The translations under genes were made by a program, and so were the position numbers. From positions 625,126-689,125 of the forward strand of contig JAQGDQ010000069.1 in the NCBI GenBank assembly GCA_030141605.1: 64,000 nt of DNA. The letters are read 5' to 3'. Source of the stretch: Tubiluchus corallicola (lineage: Eukaryota; Animalia; Priapulida). Positions 13,111-25,502 of this stretch are shown here, piece after piece. Position 1 is the stretch's first letter. Each line of letters starts with the position of its first letter. The notes under the pieces are model-generated. The model had not been told where the DNA came from. It ran no database searches and was given only the letters and a program-made list of their open reading frames with translations.

Positions 13111-14497
13111 CATGCGACCTAGCAGATGCATTTTTATGTCCAGGGGCTTTCAAGCGACCATGGCACATGGAACATTGAGAAGATCAGGACTGGAGGAACT
13201 GAAGATCTAAAGAAAACAATATACTCGTCCTGGTTCATCCAACAAAACCAGTCGTTTGGATTCTAAGACGAGCCAAAGGAGTCAGGAGAGGTAACAAGGG
13301 TTCCTGAGAGACCTACACACGTAGAAGCCTCTATACCATAAAGATGAAAAAAGGTTTCACCACTACGAAGTGCTTTTTCGTGACATCATTGCTAGATCAA
13401 CTGCTGACCAAGACTTAAGCAGACCAAACTCTACTTGCCAAAACTGGTCTTTTTCAGGACTCCTGATCAATGGCTCAAGAAATAAAAAATAATGTGTTCT
13501 GATTTCCCCAACTTAATAACCCATTTTCTCTAGCTCTCGACCCAATCTACCAAGTGGTGACTTATCACGTCAAACCTGTTCAGCTTAAGAAATGTCTGTA
13601 AAATTCAATACAAAAATGAATTTTTAAAAATAAAATTAGAAAACATTCTGTTTTCAAATCTTTTGCAAAACGCCTAACAAGATTCACAAAATGAATTTAT
13701 CAAAAGTGAAAATTTTGCAGTAATCGCATTATCACCTTCGAGCAGAAAAATGTAATTTCATTAATTAACATCGTAAGTTTAGAAGCATATCCTAGTGACA
13801 AATGTCTAAAGAAACCTTTAAGCAGAAGCAAACGACGCGACAATATTTTTTATAAATTTGAAACAAATACATAGAGAGTGTAATTAGTTCTGCTACAACG
13901 TGTTTGTACTTAAGATTTGCTCGTATTGAATTTAGTTGTCAGTCTGGGTGTTTGATGGTTCTTGCGAATCAATAGTGTAATCAAATTACCTGCTAACAAA
14001 CAACAACAAAAACTTCTGTTGCTTAAATAAATGTGTATGAGAAGTGTCATGTGTCCACATTGTACATTAGCAGACGCAAATAAGTGGGCGAGCACAAAAT
14101 TTCATCTACTGCTATAATGCAATTACAGAATAAAAAAAACAAAAAATATAATGATATTGACAGTAATATGTAACAGGACCCAGTGTTAATGAAGACAGAG
14201 TCAGTGACAGAGACTCTGTTACTTGTCAGAGGCAGTGTTAATGAAGAAGCTGATTTAAACAAGAGAGGATGAAGTAAACAAGAGCAAGTATTCAGAAATC
14301 AGTCATCACAATGTTGGATTCTGCATCCAAGTACTAAAAGTGTGTGTCAGGTGTTACACTTGAATTGCATACGAAAAGGAGACCAAATAAACTTTTTTTA
14401 GATGCAAAAAATCATGACTATATTGACATCATGCTTAGTGACATTCAACGAGCATTTGCAGTTGTTTTGACTACCAAACGTTCATCGAGATTTCCAG

Positions 14498-15544
14498 ATG
14501 TCAGCAGTTTATACGATGATTAACGAAAGCTTGTATTCACAGAAAAATAAACTTGAAGAGGCAAAACTGAACAACAACAACAACAACACTTCTCTAGAAG
14601 ACGTTCAGTATGACTTGCTTTTATTAGTAATTCCAGTTAGTGTTCTCACAATATTTCTCAATTTGCTCGTCATCATTGCAATTGCGAGGTTTGAAAAACT
14701 ACAGACAATTACTAATAAATTTTTGGCTTCTTTGGCTTCAACAGACGTGCTCCTAGGCCTTATTGCACCCGTGTCGGCATTTTTCTATCTTAACCCAAAT
14801 ACGAATGAGTTGCAATGTTCCCTGATAGGACTGGTATCCGTCTTCTGGATCATGTCAAGTCTGGGAAATCTAGTGCTAGTTACTCGTGATAGGCATCTGG
14901 CCATAATACAACCGGTTCGATACAGAATGATGGCGACAACCAGAAGGTTCGCTAACTTAACCATTTGTTGCATTTTCTATAGTATTTTGATGGGTACATT
15001 TTCCGCTGTTCAAGTATCTTTAAACTGGAGAATTGATTTGCCTTGCGTCGGTGAGTTTGTGCTTTGGCAGTGGTTCGTTTTCTTCATTGTCGCACACTAC
15101 TTGTTAGCTCTGATCTACATGTTAATCACTTATATCAAAATAGTCCAGTCAGCTCGTATTCACGCACTGAAAAGTCGTAATTGTGGCAGAGACAGCAGAT
15201 TTTTTACAGCTCAGCTAAAAGCTACGAAGATGACGGCTATAATCATTGCTACATCGATGATTCTGCTTAGTCCACACATAGTTCATATGATAATAGGAAG
15301 TATAATGCTAAGGGAGTTTGAAGTATTAAGTGGCATTCGGCAAATAGGAATCACACTCAACAGCTTGTTAAACCCAGTGATTTATGCCCTGCAAAACCCG
15401 GAATTTCGAAGCTGCTTCAAGAAGTTGTTGTGCGGAAGAAGTAGGTTTAATACAAGCGTGTCAAATTCAACACAGCCAAACCATATGAGCCATAGATCTC
15501 AAAATGTACAAGTGATGACAGTTGGCTCTAGGATCGAGGTCTGA
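14498..15544 (+). CDS. Class A (rhodopsin-like) orphan GPCR, single coding exon, 348 aa
   Basis: Seven hydrophobic segments; TM1 Asn (FLN), TM2 LASTD, TM3-start Cys, DRH at the DRY position, ECL2 Cys, NPVIY, helix 8 EFR..F..LLC; N-terminal N-glycosylation sequons; AATAAA at 15630-15635. Confidence 0.95.
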   Translation: MSAVYTMINESLYSQKNKLEEAKLNNNNNNTSLEDVQYDLLLLVIPVSVLTIFLNLLVIIAIARFEKLQTITNKFLASLASTDVLLGLIAPVSAFFYLNPNTNELQCSLIGLVSVFWIMSSLGNLVLVTRDRHLAIIQPVRYRMMATTRRFANLTICCIFYSILMGTFSAVQVSLNWRIDLPCVGEFVLWQWFVFFIVAHYLLALIYMLITYIKIVQSARIHALKSRNCGRDSRFFTAQLKATKMTAIIIATSMILLSPHIVHMIIGSIMLREFEVLSGIRQIGITLNSLLNPVIYALQNPEFRSCFKKLLCGRSRFNTSVSNSTQPNHMSHRSQNVQVMTVGSRIEV

Positions 15545-16321
15545 CTCTGAACAGATTATTGTTTGCTACAGCTCAAACTAACCCTTGTCACTGCCCAATG
15601 GTTGTGACTGTAACAATGGTATTTAATGAAATAAATAAACTTATTAGAAAAAAAATTTAGGGAATTATAATATTTGTCACATATAAAAGTCATTACATCT
15701 AATTAGTGACCAATTATTATAGTTCTTATTTGTGCATCATGCATTTTTTGTCTAATACCATTTCCTTATTTAATGAAAAAAACTAAAGACATGTAGTCAA
15801 GAACTTTTACGTAATGTCGTCCTAATGTCTGAATGTTCATATTATCAATAAAACATTTGAAACAATAAAGCCGACTTCTTCTGCTGTTATAGCTTTAAAT
15901 ATGCATTGTAGTTCTGTATCATTCTTTAGGCAGTTACTAGTACAGTAGGCACATTAAATAATAAAGAACAAGCATTTCCACAATTTAAAGCTAAGCTCGA
16001 CTACAGCAATATTTTATATAGAAAGCTCTCACTTGCACTAAACAGTCTCATTCTTCTAAGAAAATTTCTAATTTATTACAGATGTATCGATTATCAAGTA
16101 ATAATGATTGTTTCGCAGCAACTCGGGATCGATTTTGACGCACTGCTGTACCTATTAAAATTATGGCACAAAAATCTATTTGGAATGTTTGTTTAAATGA
16201 GACTCTGATTTTCTACTAAAATCTGTCTAAAACAAAAACAAAACCGAACAAACTTCGAAGTAAGGCAGTTTCAACATTTTGCTTATTTAAATCACACTTT
16301 TAATACTTTTATTACACTTAC

Positions 16322-16362
16322 CGACTTTACTCCTGTTACACTTGAAACATTAACAACGCATC
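16322..16362 (-). CDS. SDR exon 5 (GCVVNVSSVTGVKS)
   Basis: tttttag acceptor and gtaagt donor; VNVSS motif with the catalytic Ser; phases fit both neighbours. Confidence 0.9.
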
Positions 16363-17354
16363 CTAAAAACAAGTGAATTTTTACAATTAGTCATTCTGCA
16401 GAATTTTTTGGCGCCATTATAAGGCAATTGTTTGGTGTGATTCGACAAAAACTGAAAACTTGAGAGAATTGATTACACAATGCTTGGCCAGTCGTACCAT
16501 TTTTGTAGCTTATTGTCAAGCTACTTATTGTTCTTACATAATATGTCCAATTCACATCAGCACATTTGTTTAGATGTATATTTGTAAAAGTAGGTAATGT
16601 TCTTTTTATAACTGTAAGTGTATCTTACTTAATTGTCTTTGTAGTGGGTGAGAGTATGTATTAATTTTTTAATATCTATACAGAAGAATCTTGAGTAAAG
16701 CAGCTAGCTGCTCTATTGACAATTCTGTAAATTTAAATAAATATGCTTGTACAAAAAAACATTCACACTAAATAAAAATTGCTTTTTGTCCTAAAACCTA
16801 TTTAAAAAAACATTTTATTTTTTATACAATTCAAGTTACTGCAAATTGGTATCCGGTATCCAAAAGCAGGGCCTACTCAATGAGATGTTTGTGGCATGAC
16901 TGGAGCCTAGTTTACTATCAAATATACCTTCCAATATAAGCCACTGAACTGGGAGAGATTTCTCAGCCATGTTCACATGTTCACACATCCTGCCTCTACA
17001 AGGTAAACAGCCAAAGTTTACGAATGATACCGCCTGGCGTGCGTGTCAAACCCAGGTGGCCATGCAGCCATAAAGTGGCTGTTTGATATTACAGCTGTAT
17101 TATTTAATGTTGTTATAATTTAGGAAACAATACCTTGGGGTCTTAATCTGCAGACTGAATTATGCCTTAATTGTAGCAAAAAAGAAATAACTCAATTTAA
17201 GCTCAATATTTTACCTGTCAATTAATTCCAGGAATACACGAAGAACCAACTAGTTCAAAATTAGGAAAACCCTTTTAGGCATACAAACAGTTATTTTCAG
17301 TCCATTTGTTTTCTTTCTTGTCTTATCTAATAGTAAGTGCCCTTTACCTTGTAC

Positions 17355-17493
17355 CTTTAGTTAACTTGAGGTAAGGAACGGCAAGCTGTGTTAATCTCAT
17401 CACTGAGAAGACATTGATTTGAAATATTCTCTGAAGAGCAGATAATTCCAGTGTTTCCAAAGAATCTCTAGCTGCTATTCCAGCCAAATTGAC
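17355..17493 (-). CDS. SDR exon 4 (VNLAGIAARDSLETLELSALQRIFQINVFSVMRLTQLAVPYLKLTK)
   Basis: tag acceptor and gtacaa donor; NLAG is the NNAG-equivalent motif and the conserved Asn lies in 'IN'. Confidence 0.92.
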
Positions 17494-17870
17494 CTAGTAA
17501 AACAAGCACCACATTTTAAAGTGTAAGCTGGGCCTACAGGACAAATGGTGCAGAATCTAAAGCTGTGCTGGCAATGGAAAAATTAATGTAGACTTTGAAA
17601 AAAGGTAGAAAAAAAGCCTTGGTTCTCTGGGTATAAGTTTAGGACATAGCATTAACGAACACCACATATACAAGATCCCAAACTCTTTTTTCCAAAGATT
17701 CACAAACCTTTTTCATTCATTACTAATATAATATTATCAACATAAATCTTAAGTTAACCTAAATTTTAGTGTACTTTGTTAGTAGTTAATGCATTTAAAT
17801 ATGCCAAAACTGATAATTTCCGAGAAACACCTGTCAATATTTAATTCATGCTAAAAGTCAATCAAGTGGT

Positions 17871-18074
17871 GTTTACGCAGCATCCGGATGTGGATGCGTT
17901 TTGGGGTTGAGGAATAGATAAAATTGGTTTATATTGTGTTCAATGTACCCGTTTATGCAGCCTGCGTATGCCTTATTCTTTTTTGTAGCTATTCCTATTG
18001 ATTTTTTTCCACAGGCTATTCTGCAGGTTGTTCCGCAGGTGGATAACGCATCCGCATCTGCATGCTTTGTAAAC
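17871..18074. mobile_element. Old MITE-like element in SDR intron 3
   Basis: 30-bp inverted termini (17871-17900 versus 18045-18074) match at 25 of 30 positions; no clear target-site duplication. Confidence 0.6.
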
Positions 18075-18369
18075 GTCACTTAATTCTTTTCCACATAGAG
18101 AATTCAAAGAGAATTTTATTTAATGTGTTGTCAGCAGTGTTGATAGAAGGAAGAACAATACCTGTCTAAATAGCTCCTGCAAAAAACAGGCACCCAATGA
18201 AGGGCAGGGTTCCCACAGAACTTTAAAGTAAATTTCCCTGACTGTTCCATGATTTTTCACTGATCAAATATTGATTTTCCAAGATCAAGATAAACAGGAA
18301 TGGCATTACCAGTATACGTATTCAAACACGGTCTAAAGAAAAAGATACAGTACTTGAGCAATATTTTAC

Positions 18370-18462
18370 CAGAACATCGAGACGTCCGAATTTTGCCATC
18401 GTCTGCAAAATGATAGTCTGTAGATGATCATCCCTCAGCACATCGGCTTCTGTAACCAATAC
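18370..18462 (-). CDS. SDR exon 3 (VLVTEADVLRDDHLQTIILQTMAKFGRLDVL)
   Basis: ttttgcag acceptor and gtaaaa donor; ADV and FGRLDVL motifs. Confidence 0.92.
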
Positions 18463-18843
18463 CTGCAAAAATTCATAAAAGCTCAATTAGCACTAAGATG
18501 TAGTGCACGCATATGCTGCAAGGCAGCAAAAACTTAAGACTGCTACTCAATGGGTTTTTAAAGAGAAACTTAAGAGAAAAAATTGCACCAACATTGCACG
18601 TCAGCATCAACTAAAACTACCAACGAACTCTGATGTCTGTTTTGAATTTTTTTCGAATTTAAATTTTTATTTCACACTCAGGCACACAGTATGACACATA
18701 CAATCATACACAAATTATAAATACTATTTACAAAGATACACAAAAAATACTAAACCATCTATAACCTAATTCCTTACCACATACCCTACCATCTGTGTGA
18801 AAGCAATGACCTTTTTCTGTGTAAGTCAGTAAAGTTTATTCAC

Positions 18844-18983
18844 CTTGCTGCTATCGCCAGCAGCATCGGTACAAGATTTTCCGACTTCATCAAGTTTTTC
18901 TTTATCAACATCAGTCAGTGAAACTCTTGCTCCACGTTTCACAAAATGCAATGCTGTTGCTGAGCCCAAGCCTCCCGCAGCAC
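18844..18983 (-). CDS. SDR exon 2 with Rossmann motif (T)GAAGGLG and LTDVD
   Basis: cag acceptor and gtgaat donor. TGxxxGxG spans the exon 1/2 junction; the Asp at the end of beta-2 suggests NAD(H) preference. Confidence 0.93.
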
Positions 18984-19644
18984 CTGTACGTAAAAATTAA
19001 TCACAAAATTGTAATGCAAATTTTAATGTTTCTAAACCACGCAATAATATGTGCATTTCCTTGTATATGAGAGCCACCCCTCACTCTGTGACAAAAAAGG
19101 TGAATATTAGATCCATTTATTATTGCAAAAATAGAAAGGATTTATATATATATATATAAATTTCATTATTTCATTTAGACAGCTTATACAAAATGTTTAT
19201 TTGCAAATTAATACAAGTAATAAAGATCTTTTTTGTATTTATTCAACGTATCAAATATCCAAAATCAGTTATTTTAAGTGATTCTAAATTCTGACCTTAT
19301 TTGTACTATGTCCAAGAGTTGTACCAAAAATTGCCAGAAAGCCCGAAACCTACTCGTACCTAGATACCTTTCTAAAGGCACTAAATAATCTTAACTCCTC
19401 CCCCATTTGCACTAAAGCTGAGAAATAGAAAAGGCTGCTCCTTAGAGTCAGATGATTATAGGTTTACAGCCTTATAGAAAAATAATTCAAACACTGCCAT
19501 ATTAATTTTACACAAAACAAATGTCCAACACCATCTCAAGTAGTAAGTATAATGTTAGCAAACAATCGTTTTCAAGTTCAACATGCGCAGCTAACTAATT
19601 AGTTGAAAACGAAGCGCAATAGTGTAAATTAATAATTATGATAC

Positions 19645-19681
19645 CAGTTATTAACACGACCTTTACACTGGAAGACGCCAT
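19645..19681 (-). CDS. SDR exon 1 (MASSSVKVVLIT)
   Basis: ATG at 19681-19679 in an aagATGgcg context, KVVLITG motif, gtatca donor in phase 1. The joined CDS is 813 nt, giving 270 aa plus stop. Confidence 0.88.
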
Positions 19682-19966
19682 CTTGAATTTAAGCACTAGG
19701 ATTTTTGCCGGTTTATCGGAATTATTGAAAAACAGATGGCGCCACAAACCTTAAGAGTGGAAATTTCAGGACAGATTGGAACATCAATACTTCATTAATA
19801 ATTTTGGAGTCTAACAATCTAGGACTTAGATTTCAAGTTAGAAAAATCTGTTTCATTTTGTTGACGGTGTTTGAATAGAGCTGGTAGACCCTATTAGGTT
19901 GTTACTTTCCAAAGTTCAGTACAAAATTTAATGTTTGTCTAATCTTCTCCAGAATCCAGGCACCTT

Positions 19967-19994
19967 AATTCAATTCAATTCAATTCAATTTATT
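19967..19994 (-). repeat. (AATTC)n short repeat next to a minus-strand AATAAA; resembles a LINE/SINE 3' tail
   Basis: The minus strand reads aataaattgaattgaattgaattgaatt. The element body was not recognised. Confidence 0.5.
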
Positions 19995-21694
19995 CGTGTC
20001 TTTTACACGATATAACAATATACAATATTTATATGAGAATAATACTGCTATGATAATTGAGACCGGGTGGCGAAAGACCAAGAGGTCACCTATATACAGA
20101 TTTATTTGTATAATATTATATCCCTAGTTTTTCAAATTAAGTTTACTCATTTCTTGTGTTCTTTAAAATAATAAGTCTGCTATTATTATAGACACAAAAT
20201 TTATTTTCAATTGAATGAGCTACGCTAAGTTAGTATATTGAGTGTATATCAGTTATCAACCTTTGCGACAGTTTACGTCTTCGTCTATTGCGTGAGTTTT
20301 TTAATGGACGCTGTATGCATAGGCCAACCAGATAATAAGCAATATGAATCCATTTAGAAGATTTTGGCATAATATGCTTAATGAGGTTTTCGATTACTTA
20401 AATGCAGCCCAGATCAAGCAAATGACTTGTTCATTTGGTAAATGGTGCAGAGGGGTGTACCCGTGTATTTGCACAAGGTACAAACGTTAAACAGGATCGC
20501 CCTCGGCTTAGTTAAGTATTGAATAACTATCTTGAGAAAGCTAATAAAGTGAGGGTGACCCCTGAGTCCCTCACTGATGCGCTGGCTCCGATTATGTACA
20601 GTTATTAAAAACTAGTTTCTAACTTGTAAGTGATGTATCAAATTGTAAAAAATACCAAAATGACTAATAAGTTACCTAGGAGCTTGTAATTAAAAGTATT
20701 GTCAGTCCCTTAGCAGTTTAAACGAAAAAATTAATGGAAGTTGTAATTGCAACTGGGTTAGTAGAATGACGCACAAAATAAACAATATCATCTTTCTGTT
20801 TATCATAGAAAATATCAATATAGGCTTATAAACAAAAGCATCAATCAGTCAGACATATTTTCCGATCATCAATCACTCATTGACACTGTTATAAAATTTA
20901 GGCTAACCGTCTGCCAGACAGCCTCGGGCGCCATCTATTCTAGCATAAAAGCATCTTACGTTAAATCTGCTAGGCTTGTTCATTTTCCAGCTTAATTCTC
21001 TCTTGAAGTCTCTTCTATTGAAAGTTTCATAACATTCCTCCCATAAGCGCCTTAATTTTATAAGTACATATGACAAATATTACTCGCCGTATAAGATGAA
21101 TAATTCGTCAAGTCAATTAATCGGAAAACGATTTGGTAGAGTTAATCCCGATTAATCCGGATTTAGCAGTTGCTTATCGCATCAGCCAGCCCCATTAGAA
21201 GAGATGGACAAGAGCTTATGTTAATAGCTCTAGGGCGGACCAAGTCTTGGTCGCACTTTATATAATGCGCAGGAAGAATCCTGCTTTTACCACATTGGAA
21301 AATCATTTTAAAGCTTATTTAAAATTGCGCGAAAATATCACTTCACTGCAGAATATTTTGATACAAGCGAAGTAAAAGATCAGCCATTTTCACTATAACA
21401 ATAAATTATTTATTTATAAATATTTCAGACGGCACAGTAAGCATCTTAATATAAAGATCAGAATAACAACCAAAGTTCTAAAGTAGAAAACGTGCCGACG
21501 CGAAAACTTATTATAGCCTCTAAAAAAGTCGGTGTGCAACCCTTGTGAAAAAAGGAGAACTTTATTGCTTCAAAATTCTTTATGAAACTTGCTTTCCTGA
21601 ATTATTAATTAAGGCATGTAAAAATATAGAACATTGGAAATTTCTTTGACAGCGCTAGCTTTATTTATGTTATCAGTTACGAATATTAATAGCA

Positions 21695-21697
<3 letters not shown>

Positions 21698-21728
<31 letters not shown>
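21698..21728. repeat. (AG)n microsatellite
   Basis: Direct reading. Confidence 0.95.
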
Positions 21729-21731
<3 letters not shown>

Positions 21732-24700
21732 GAGAGAAGAGATCTAAGGAAGACAAAAACTGTGAAAAAATAACGTGACGAAAATAACAATATTGTGCAA
21801 TAAATATGGTTGTCGCTGATATTTACTTAATCTGGGCATAAAATTGTAATCAAATGACGTGCGCCGTCACGATGATGGTTTCCGGTGCGTGTTGCACCGA
21901 TTCGACGTCACCGTCGTTTGATGCACATTAATAAAATAGATAATTTCCGGCGCCTTCAGAAAGATCATGCCATACAATATATATGTATATATATATATAT
22001 ATCATAGCGTTTATTTTTTGCGTAACGCAATTATAATGTGAATTAGTTAGAAAATCGTTACAAAGAACTCAAAATAAAGGAGAATACCAATTGCATAAAT
22101 CTGGGACTATAAAATGAATAGACCTACGTGCACTTGTAGTGAGCTTCTAGACTTAATGAAAGAAACAAGAGCATCGACAATAATAATTATTAACATATGA
22201 CTAATATTACCCGCTAGCGAACATTTTTAAGAATATTTTCTTTTTTCATTATTCGTCCCTTTTTTAACTTTATCGCTTTGGTTCATCTTTTGATTTGAGC
22301 AGATATGCATTTGCTTCTCAGACTTATATTCCTTCTTTAAATTTCTTATATTGAAGCGGATAACTACTAATTATTGACCCAGAATTTTTTTAAAACAAAC
22401 AGCAGCAAAAAACTTGAACGCTCCGAAATATCGGCTTGTTGTTGAGCTTGATTTTTTGCAATCCCATTGCTTAACAGGTCGACCATTTATATTACATGCA
22501 CAGATCTTTGTTCTGAACAGATTCCTATCAAAATTCAATATTAACTGTGTGATAATAAACAAAAAGGCATGTTTCAGAAATAGAGGGTCCAAAGAAAAGC
22601 ATGTTTCATAAATGCAGTAACCACTTCATACAGACAAAATTTGGCATAATGTTTTTTAATGAAAATACCTTATTTCTTACTGGGTCTGGACCTTTAGTCA
22701 AAATAATTATTGAAACAGAGCAACTGTCTTGTTAGTTTCACAGAACGACTTTTTTGTGTTTAGCACAGGCCAGCAAAATAAGATTGCTGCATTGCGGTAA
22801 AAATTATCTTTTCTAAGTAAGCTTATACTCTATAAAGCTTTGCAGTCATGCACGGAATTCATTTCTCAAAATAAAGGACTTCCCGTTTTTTGCGTTTACA
22901 AAGCTAGATTAGTTTCCAATGTAAGAATTTTTTTTGTCAATGAATTAATAAAAGAATATAGGGTTTAGTTCAAAACGAGCTTAGTAAGCTCTACCTCTTT
23001 TGTCAACATGTTTTCCTGTAGCTCAGTAGGGCATTCTAATGTGCCACAATATTCATTGAAAATAACGAACGTTAAAAGTTTGCCTTAATTGATTGAAATA
23101 ATTTTGACAAAAACATAAAAGTAACCTTTCGGCAATTTTTTTCTAAGAAAAGTATTGCTTTAATGATACTATGTACATTTACTGTAATAGTACGTCTGCT
23201 GTGTTGACTTTCAACTCTTATTCTACATTATTTTGCTACACTTTTGTGTTTTTACATTAAAAGTTGGTGTACTCAATTTACAGTATTTGTAATGCTGCAA
23301 GAAAGTACATGACGGTGTATATCAATTACTATGTGGTTTTCTGGTGGATTCTAGACTGTGTTTCATCTGAGTCCAATGGCAACGATATTACCAAATTTAG
23401 ATTAATTTTAATTATGTAATTTATAACAAGTAACATCTAAAATTGTGATGAACATTTGGTTTAACAAATTATTATGATGTTTTGAATATTTTAAACTTGC
23501 TAGCCGCTTTCGTTAGTCAAAATTCAATTAGTTGTTAGCCAGTTTAATACCCAGGCTGATAAAACGAAGTAATAGGCCTACTTTACAACGTTTAACGGTC
23601 ATCTGTTATCGTGTATAAGACGAGTGTCACGCTCTTATCTCAGTCTTGCATTCACAATGCAATGATAAAACTCTCGCGATTGGGTGCAATGACTTAGATC
23701 ATTTGTTACAAATTCGCATCACGTGGTCAGTTGGTTATCCAAGTTAGCAGATTCTCATTAAATACGAATTTGGTGCACAATTTCGTGATTTTGATTGAAA
23801 GTGCTCTGAGCATGAAACCATGCTGATGGATTCTAAACACCTGGGTTTCTACGATGACTGCCCCTCCTCTTCTCACCTTCAAAACTCCACTGTTTGTACT
23901 CCAAGATTGGCACTCTCCAAGATTGAATCCGCTCTCAAGCATGCAGTGCCAGGCTCTAATCACGTAAATCGTATATCACCAGCGTATTGCATGGAGCACT
24001 GGACTAAAATGATTGTGGGCGGAACCAGGACGGAAGTCGTTGTTTCAGTGTCATTGAAAATCCTGAACCGACAGGTCGCCGTACGTAATACACATGCTCC
24101 AACTGCAAAGTAAACAACGAAAATCAGTATCGAAATAAAACGGCCCAAAACGATTCCTGAACTTGTGGTTACCTATCCACTTGCTGACCAGCTTTCCTCC
24201 CTTGGGATGTTTCTTAACTTCAGTCGTTAGGTTAACCTAACTATTTGCTTCACCTAACTGTTGTACATGAAAATGAGTACTGTGAAAAAGATAAAAGTGA
24301 AGTACAAATAAATTTAGTATAGGAGGTGTGTTTTAAAGCAAAAGAAAATTTCGAATAACATAACAGAATCTACTCATTTTTGCTTTTAAAATCCAAAACT
24401 TAAAAAAAATTATTTAAACAACTCACTCGTCACAGTTTCATCTATTTTATATCATTTAATTTAAACATAAATGTCATTTAATTTGTTCAATTTCAGCTAA
24501 AGATAAACTTTTTGGTACTCTATTATTAATCAATTTTTTTAAATGGCCCCCAATTTCGTTTGAGGAGTCCTTTGTACTAAAAAAATGTTTATCATGCAAT
24601 AGAAGTCTATTTGCAATCTATGATTTCGAATAGAGCGATAATTACTCCAATAATGCAAGATTTATGTTGGATCAGTGTTTACACGATGAGCAAAGCAAGA

Positions 24701-25502
24701 AACCGAGGCGCTGTTTTGTTTACAGATAACATGCCTGCAAATATTGTAGATAAAGACTAACTACAGTGATTCCTCTTCAATTGCTTTTTGCTGAGCAGGC
24801 GACGAAATGTTCATTGAACGATACAAAATAAACAAACGAAACTAAATACACACTCGTTACTTTTTTGCCGCCAAAGAAATCATTTATAAACTTTTTGTTA
24901 ACACAAATCTGTCATTACGAACATAAAGCAAATGTTTATTTGATAGACCTGCAGACATCATATAAAGAGCAGAAAAACAGGGACAGGGAGATAAGGAAAT
25001 ACGGTTAAAGAGAAAGAGGAAAGAATGAGAAAAATAAAAGAAAAGGATAGTTAAAAAATTTACAGAAGGAAAAGAGGAAGCAAGAAAAATGTAGACATTA
25101 AGAGAGGAAAGGAAGGTATTCAAAATGAATGAAAGGATGATAAAATGAATACATGCAAGGAAAAATGAATGAACGAACCAATGGATAAAAGAATAAATGC
25201 AGGAAATAAAAAACAAAGTAGAAAAAATGGGAAAAAAAGAGAAAGAAATGAAAGAAAAAACTAAAAAGAAAAAAGAAAAGGTGTGACGGCATACATGAGT
25301 GAGGGAGGGGAGAGGAGAGAGAAGTACAGAAAAAGATGCAATCTGAGCAGACTTTCTGAGAGGAAAGTGAAAGAAGTGTAATGATTTGACATTTTATGTT
25401 TTACTTTAAAAGCATAATATTTTTCAAGAAATATAAACTTTTATTAAAAGGAACAGGGAGACTCTAATCACATAAAATATAAAATAACAAATTTCAGTCA
25501 TT

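Noticed and set aside
15542-15550. Stop-codon readthrough at the GPCR TGA-C
   Set aside because: The context is TGA CTC TGA, not TGA CTAG, and readthrough would add only two residues.
22300-22980. Possible hAT transposase N-terminal remnant on the minus strand (KGPDPVRNKVF, KWLL)
   Set aside because: The similarity is too weak and frame-broken to support without a search.
24884-25292. Phe-rich, membrane-like ORFs (also at 30350-31067, 41559-41744 and 43426-43831)
   Set aside because: Low-complexity, strand-biased purine or pyrimidine tracts that lack stops by composition.
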